NCBI GenBank assembly: GCA_951406725.2
Contig: OX597826.1
Coordinates: 41,974,001 to 42,038,000, forward strand
Direction of reading: 5' to 3'
Source of the DNA: Octopus vulgaris
Taxonomy: Eukaryota
DNA length: 64,000 bases
The notes beneath the pieces were generated by a model. That model was not told the origin of the DNA and did no database searches. It worked only from the letters and a program-made list of their open reading frames with translations. Positions 58,650 to 64,000 of this stretch are shown here, piece by piece. Each line of letters begins with the position of its first letter. Position 1 is the stretch's first letter. The position numbers were made by a program, and so were the translations under genes.

Positions 58650-59201
58650 GTTTGAAATTTTGGTACAATGCCAGGAACTTCGGGAGAGGGGGTAAGTCAA
58701 TTACATCGACTCCAGTGCTCAACTGGTATTTATTTTATCGACTCCAGTGGAATTTGAACTCCGAATGTAAGGACGGACGAAATACCTATTTCTTTACTAC
58801 CTACAAGGGGCTAAACACAGAGGAGACAAGCAAGGACAGACAAACGGATTAAGTCGATTACATCGACCCCAGTGCGTAACTGGTACTTATTTAATCTACC
58901 CCGGAAGGATGAAAGGAATAACGTCGACCTCGGCGGAATTTGAACTCACAACGTAGCGGCAGACGAAATACCTATTTCTTTATTACCCACAAGGGGCTAA
59001 ACATAGAGGAGACAAACATGGACAGACTTAGGTATTAAGTTGATTATATCGACCCCAGTGCTTAACTGGTACTTAATTTATTGACCCCGAAAGGATGAAA
59101 GGCAAAGTCGACCTCGGCGGAATTTGAACTCACAACGTAACGGCAGACGAAATACCGCTAAGCATTTCGCCCGGCGTGCTAACGTTTCTGCAAAATCGCC
59201 G
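58650..59201 (-). mobile_element. SINE family A multimer (2 units plus alternative-tail unit)
   Basis: Reverse complement; junctions gacgaaatacctatttct. Confidence 0.88.
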
Positions 59202-60083
59202 GATTGCCTTAAAATAATAATAATACTAGTACTATAAAAGTATAGAAAAATCGAATGACAAATTCGAAGTTCCATTTAACCACGGTATGCATTTACTTTC
59301 TTATAATTTTCTCTAACAGCTACACTCTATCATACTTAAATGTATTTTAGACCTAATTTATCCTGTACAGAATATATTATGTAATAACTATTTTTCAAGT
59401 AAGCGAACAACATTTGGGTTTATAAAATAAATTTTATTAAAAAGCAGTTTAAATTGTGGAACCTCAGAATTTTTTCGCAGAACCCTGGGATTCTTCGGGA
59501 CCGACTTTCGGGAAACCGCGACCTACAATGCACTCTAAACTTCATCAATATAGACTGAATGGGAGATCGATCTCACATTTGTTTTATACTATGAAACCGC
59601 CTCGTTCATACGAATCCTTTATAAATATCCAAAGGCATAAAATACTGGAGATGTTTAAAGATTTTTATGAGAGATTAAAGTAGTTCTGTGGCATTAAGAT
59701 ATGTTTACTTTTCTGGTGTTAATGTAGCAAAACCTAGATTTAATAGTTGATTCCAGTTGACTAGAATAACAAACGGCGTCAGTGAAAACTCAAGCTCAGA
59801 AGCGCTGACATTGATCAACCAGAATCTGGTGACAGTATGTCAAACAAATTGAAGTAATTAAGATATTTGTATCTTGTTGTTTTAATAACTGTGTTGATAT
59901 GATAGAGACAAGAATAAGATATGAAAGGAATTTAACTAACTGCAGTTTAGCGGAAATTTGTAAATAAACCTCTCAGAAAGAAATTTATATATTTGGATGG
60001 GACGGGCTGGGTTACCCAGTTCAGGTAACTGATGGAAATGTAATGAGAAACAAAGCACGAATGAATTCCTTATTAAAGTTACT

Positions 60084-60494
60084 TATTTCTTTATTGCCCA
60101 CAAGGGGCTAAACATAGAAGGGAACAAACAAGGACAAAGGGATTAAGTCGATTACATCGGCCCCCAGTGCGTAACTGGTGCTTAATTTATAGACCCCGAA
60201 AGGATGAAAGGCAAAGTCGACCTCAGCGGAATTTGAATTCAGAACGTAACGGCAGACGAAATACTTATTTCTTTACTACCCACAAGGGGCTAAACACAGA
60301 GAGGACAAATAAGGACAGGCAAACGGATTAAGTCGATTACATCAACTCCAGTGCGTAACTGGTACTTAATTTATCGACCCCGAAAGGATGAAAGGCAAAG
60401 TCGACCTCGGCGGAATTTGAACTCAGAACATAACGGCAGACGAAATACGGCTATGCATTTCGCCCGGCGTGCTAAAGTTTCTGCCAGCTCGCCT
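60084..60494 (-). mobile_element. SINE family A dimer
   Basis: Reverse complement, two body units. Confidence 0.9.
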
Positions 60495-61221
60495 CCTTAT
60501 TAAAGTTTCTTGGCAAACAGATGTACATGTTTTCCCTCTATTGTGCATCAGACGTTTTAACTCTTTCCGTTTCGTTTGTCGCTGAGTGAGTCCAAATCGT
60601 AGCCCTCCACCCCCATCATGATGATTTATAAATAAGTACCAGTTACACACTGGGGTCGATGAATTTTCGACTTAATCCGTTATATATGATGTGTTTCTTT
60701 CAGTTTTCTTTTACCAAATCTACTCACAAGGCTTTGGTCGGTCCGATGCTACAGTGGAAGACATTTGCTCAAGGCGCCACACAGTGGAACTGAACCCAGA
60801 ATCATGTGATTGGGAAGCAAGCTTCGTACCACACAGCCATGCGTGCGTACATTTGGTGAAGAAATCCTTACTAAGATTAATTATGATGTAACCAACTGAA
60901 TTACCGAGTATGTAAGTTATATTTCTGAGTATTTAAGTACACACGCACGCGCACACGCACGCACGCGCGCGCACACACACACACACACACAATTTCCTAT
61001 AAATAAAGGATCACTGTCTCATCCATCGGATCAAAAAGTATCTTCCGAAATTGATGCCAGAGAAACGGTGGAGATTCTACAGAAACAATGCACCTGTCTT
61101 CATAGACACAAATGAAATTAATTTATTAATTTGGGGGAAGCAATTTTTAAAGCTAATTTTACCTACCAAGCAGTCGTTGCTATTGTCTCTTACAACAAGA
61201 TATCTAGAAATACATAGATAC

Positions 61222-61322
<101 letters not shown>

Positions 61323-61545
61323 TCAATATAGGGTGGCAAAAAAAATTTTGTAGAATTCTTTTGCCACCAGCGGCCTAGTAGGAAAAAATTAAAATAGTCA
61401 AAGACCATTTTTAAGTTCAACATCAACAATAAAGGAACGGCCATAATAGGCCATTCACCCACTAGAAATAACAGCCAAAGCTTCAACCGCAAATAAAAGT
61501 TAATTCAGTAAACCAGGAGAAAATTTAAAAAACATTTACCCTGTA

Positions 61546-61652
61546 ATTTCTTATACGATATACCGTTTCATCTGCTGATTAATGGTAAACTAACCTGATT
61601 AAATTAAATCAAGCCAATCTTCCACAGGCCCTCAGATTCTTCAGTAAGAAAT
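61546..61652 (-). ncRNA. Type I hammerhead ribozyme, copy 1
   Basis: AUUUCUUA-CUGAAGA-AUCUG-[long hairpin]-CAGAU-GAAA-CGG-uaua-UCG-UA^UAAGAAAU; all core residues intact; predicted cut between 61554 and 61553. Confidence 0.88.
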
Positions 61653-62038
61653 AGCCCAAGACGGAACAGATATTTTCACGAGGCATTTCCGACGTTGCCA
61701 AGTTAATATCTGACCTAAAATTTTCAAATCGTCGCACTCGCGCCAAATTTATCGGCAGCAAATAAATATAAGCCGTCGATTCCATTACGGAATTAACCAG
61801 AAAATTCATAATTAATCAATATAGGGTGGCAAAAAAAAATTTTGTAGAATTCTTTTGCCACCAGCGGCCTAGTAGGAAAAAATTAAAATAGTCAAAGACC
61901 ATTTTTAAGTTCAACATCAACAATAAAGGAACGGCCATAATAGGCCATTCACCCACTAGAAATAACAGCCAAAGCTTCAACCGCAAATAAAAGTTAATTC
62001 AGTAAACCAGGAGAAAATTTAAAAACATTTACCCTGTA

Positions 62039-62145
62039 ATTTCTTATACGATATACCGTTTCATCTGCTGATTAATGGTAAACTAACCTGATTAAATTAA
62101 ATCAAGCCAATCTTCCACAGGCCCTCAGATTCTTCAGTAAGAAAT
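62039..62145 (-). ncRNA. Type I hammerhead ribozyme, copy 2
   Basis: Same motif as copy 1. Confidence 0.88.
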
Positions 62146-62534
62146 AGCCCAAGACGGAACAGATATTTTCACGAGGCATTTCCGACGTTGTCAAGTTAAT
62201 ATCTGACCTAAAATTTTCAAATCGTCGCACTCGCGCCAAATTTATCGGCAGCAAATAAATATAAGCCGTCGATTCATTACGGAATTAACCAGAAAATTCA
62301 TAATTAATCAATATAGGGTGGCAAAAAAAAAAAATTTTGTAGAATTCTTTTTGCCACCAGCGGCCTAGTAGGAAAAAATTAAAATAGTCAAAGACCATTT
62401 TTAAGTTCAACATCAACAATAAAGGAACGGCCATAATAGGCCATTCACCCACTAGAAATAACAGCCAAAGCTTCAACCGCAAATAAAAGTTAATTCAGTA
62501 AACCAGGAGAAAATTTAAAAAACATTTACCTGTA

Positions 62535-62641
62535 ATTTCTTATACGATATACCGTTTCATCTGCTGATTAATGGTAAACTAACCTGATTAAATTAAATCA
62601 AGCCAATCTTCCACAGGCCCTCAGATTCTTCAGTAAGAAAT
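62535..62641 (-). ncRNA. Type I hammerhead ribozyme, copy 3
   Basis: Same motif as copy 1. Confidence 0.88.
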
Positions 62642-62896
62642 AGCCCAAGACGGAACAGATATTTTCACGAGGCATTTCCGACGTTGCCTAGTTAATATCT
62701 GACCTAAAATTTTCAAATCGTCGCACTCGCGCCAAATTTATCGGCAAATAAATATAAGCCGTAATGGAATCGACGGCTTATATTTATTTGCTGCCGATAA
62801 ATTTGGCGCGAGTGCGACGATTTGAAAATTTTAGGTCAGATATTAACTTGGCAACGTCGGAAATGCCTCGTGAAAATATCTGTTCCGTCTTGGGCT

Positions 62897-63003
62897 ATTT
62901 CTTACTGAAGAATCTGAGGGCCTGTGGAAGATTGGCTTGATTTAATTTAATCAGGTTAGTTTACCATTAATCAGCAGATGAAACGGTATATCGTATAAGA
63001 AAT
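62897..63003 (+). ncRNA. Type I hammerhead ribozyme, copy 4
   Basis: atttctta ctgaaga atctg...cagat gaaa cggtatatcg ta taagaaat; predicted cut after 62995. Confidence 0.88.
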
Positions 63004-63392
63004 TACAGGGTAAATGTTTTTTAAATTTTCTCCTGGTTTACTGAATTAACTTTTATTTGCGGTTGAAGCTTTGGCTGTTATTTCTAGTGGGTGAATGGCC
63101 TATTATGGCCGTTCCTTTATTGTTGATGTTGAACTTAAAAATGGTCTTTGACTATTTTAATTTTTTCCTACTAGGCCGCTGGTGGCAAAAGAATTCTACA
63201 AAATTTTTTTTTTGCCACCCTATATTGATTAATTATGAATTTTCTGGTTAATTCCGTAATGGAATCGACGGCTTATATTTATTTGCTGCCGATAAATTTG
63301 GCGCGAGTGCGACGATTTGAAAATTTTAGGTCAGATATTATACTTGGCAACGTCGGAAATGCCTCGTGAAAATATCTGTTCCGTCTTGGGCT

Positions 63393-63493
63393 ATTTCTTA
63401 CTGAAGAATCTGAGGGCCTGTGGAAGATATTTAATTTAATCAGGTTAGTTTACCATTAATCAGCAGATGAAACGGTATATCGTATATATAAAT
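63393..63493 (+). ncRNA. Hammerhead copy 5, helix I and II damaged
   Basis: Core intact, but the 3' strand of helix I reads tatataaat and helix II has a deletion. Confidence 0.6.
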
Positions 63494-63615
63494 TACAGGG
63501 TAAATGTTTTTTAAATTTTCTCCTGGTTTACTGAATTAACTTTTATTTGCTATATTGAAGCTTTGGCTGTTATTTCTAGTGGGTGAATGGCCTATTATGG
63601 CCGTTCCTTTATTGA

Positions 63616-63708
<93 letters not shown>

Positions 63709-63711
<3 letters not shown>

Positions 63712-64000
63712 AAGTTTACGAAAATAAACAAAAGACGAAGGCAGGTGGAGGACAAACAAACAATTGTATTAGTATGGCGCTCAGGAATAGAAATAAAACA
63801 AGTCTTTTACGTTTCGAGCCTACGCTCTTCAACAGAAAGATACACAGAAAAGAAACAGGGAGAGAAACAAGGAAAGAAAACAAATGCGTGCAGGGGCTAA
63901 CGATTCAACATGGCGTTCTGATTTCAGCCAGAAGTCAGAGATCAGACGTTAGACGCTAGAGGGATAGTAGGGGAGATAACAGGGTCAAGTGACCTCGCCC
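63709..64000 (-). mobile_element. Penelope-like 3' end with minimal hammerhead-like motif (63803-63840)
   Basis: Minus UCUUU-CUGUUGA-A-GAGC-guag-GCUC-GAAACGUA-AAAGA; homologous to 13480-13759; 3' end at (TA)n; runs off the window. Confidence 0.65.

Noticed and set aside
61609-62482. 65-66 aa ORFs within the 493-bp monomer
   Set aside because: Short, no recognisable domain, and affected by homopolymer length differences between copies.

Overview
AT-rich, repeat-dominated eukaryotic DNA with no intact protein-coding gene that I can support. Nearly all ORFs in the track are microsatellite translations. The SINE repertoire resembles Octopus (coleoid cephalopod); this is my recognition, not a database result. 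The window holds several tRNA-derived SINE families, decayed LINEs (RTE, Tx1/L1-like, R4/Dong-like), a mariner remnant interrupted by a Helitron, three MITEs, a local tandem duplication and many simple repeats. The main finding is at 61316-63617: a ~493-bp non-coding monomer repeated about 3 times and then about 1.8 times in inverted orientation, set in a (TA)n tract. Four copies carry an intact canonical type I hammerhead ribozyme and the fifth a damaged one, which suggests a retrozyme or Penelope-pLTR-like element able to make ~493-nt unit-length or circular RNA. At least five other hammerhead-like families are scattered through the window, mostly next to (TA)n. Several sit in the same divergent palindromic layout, suggesting a shared twin-priming-like integration route.
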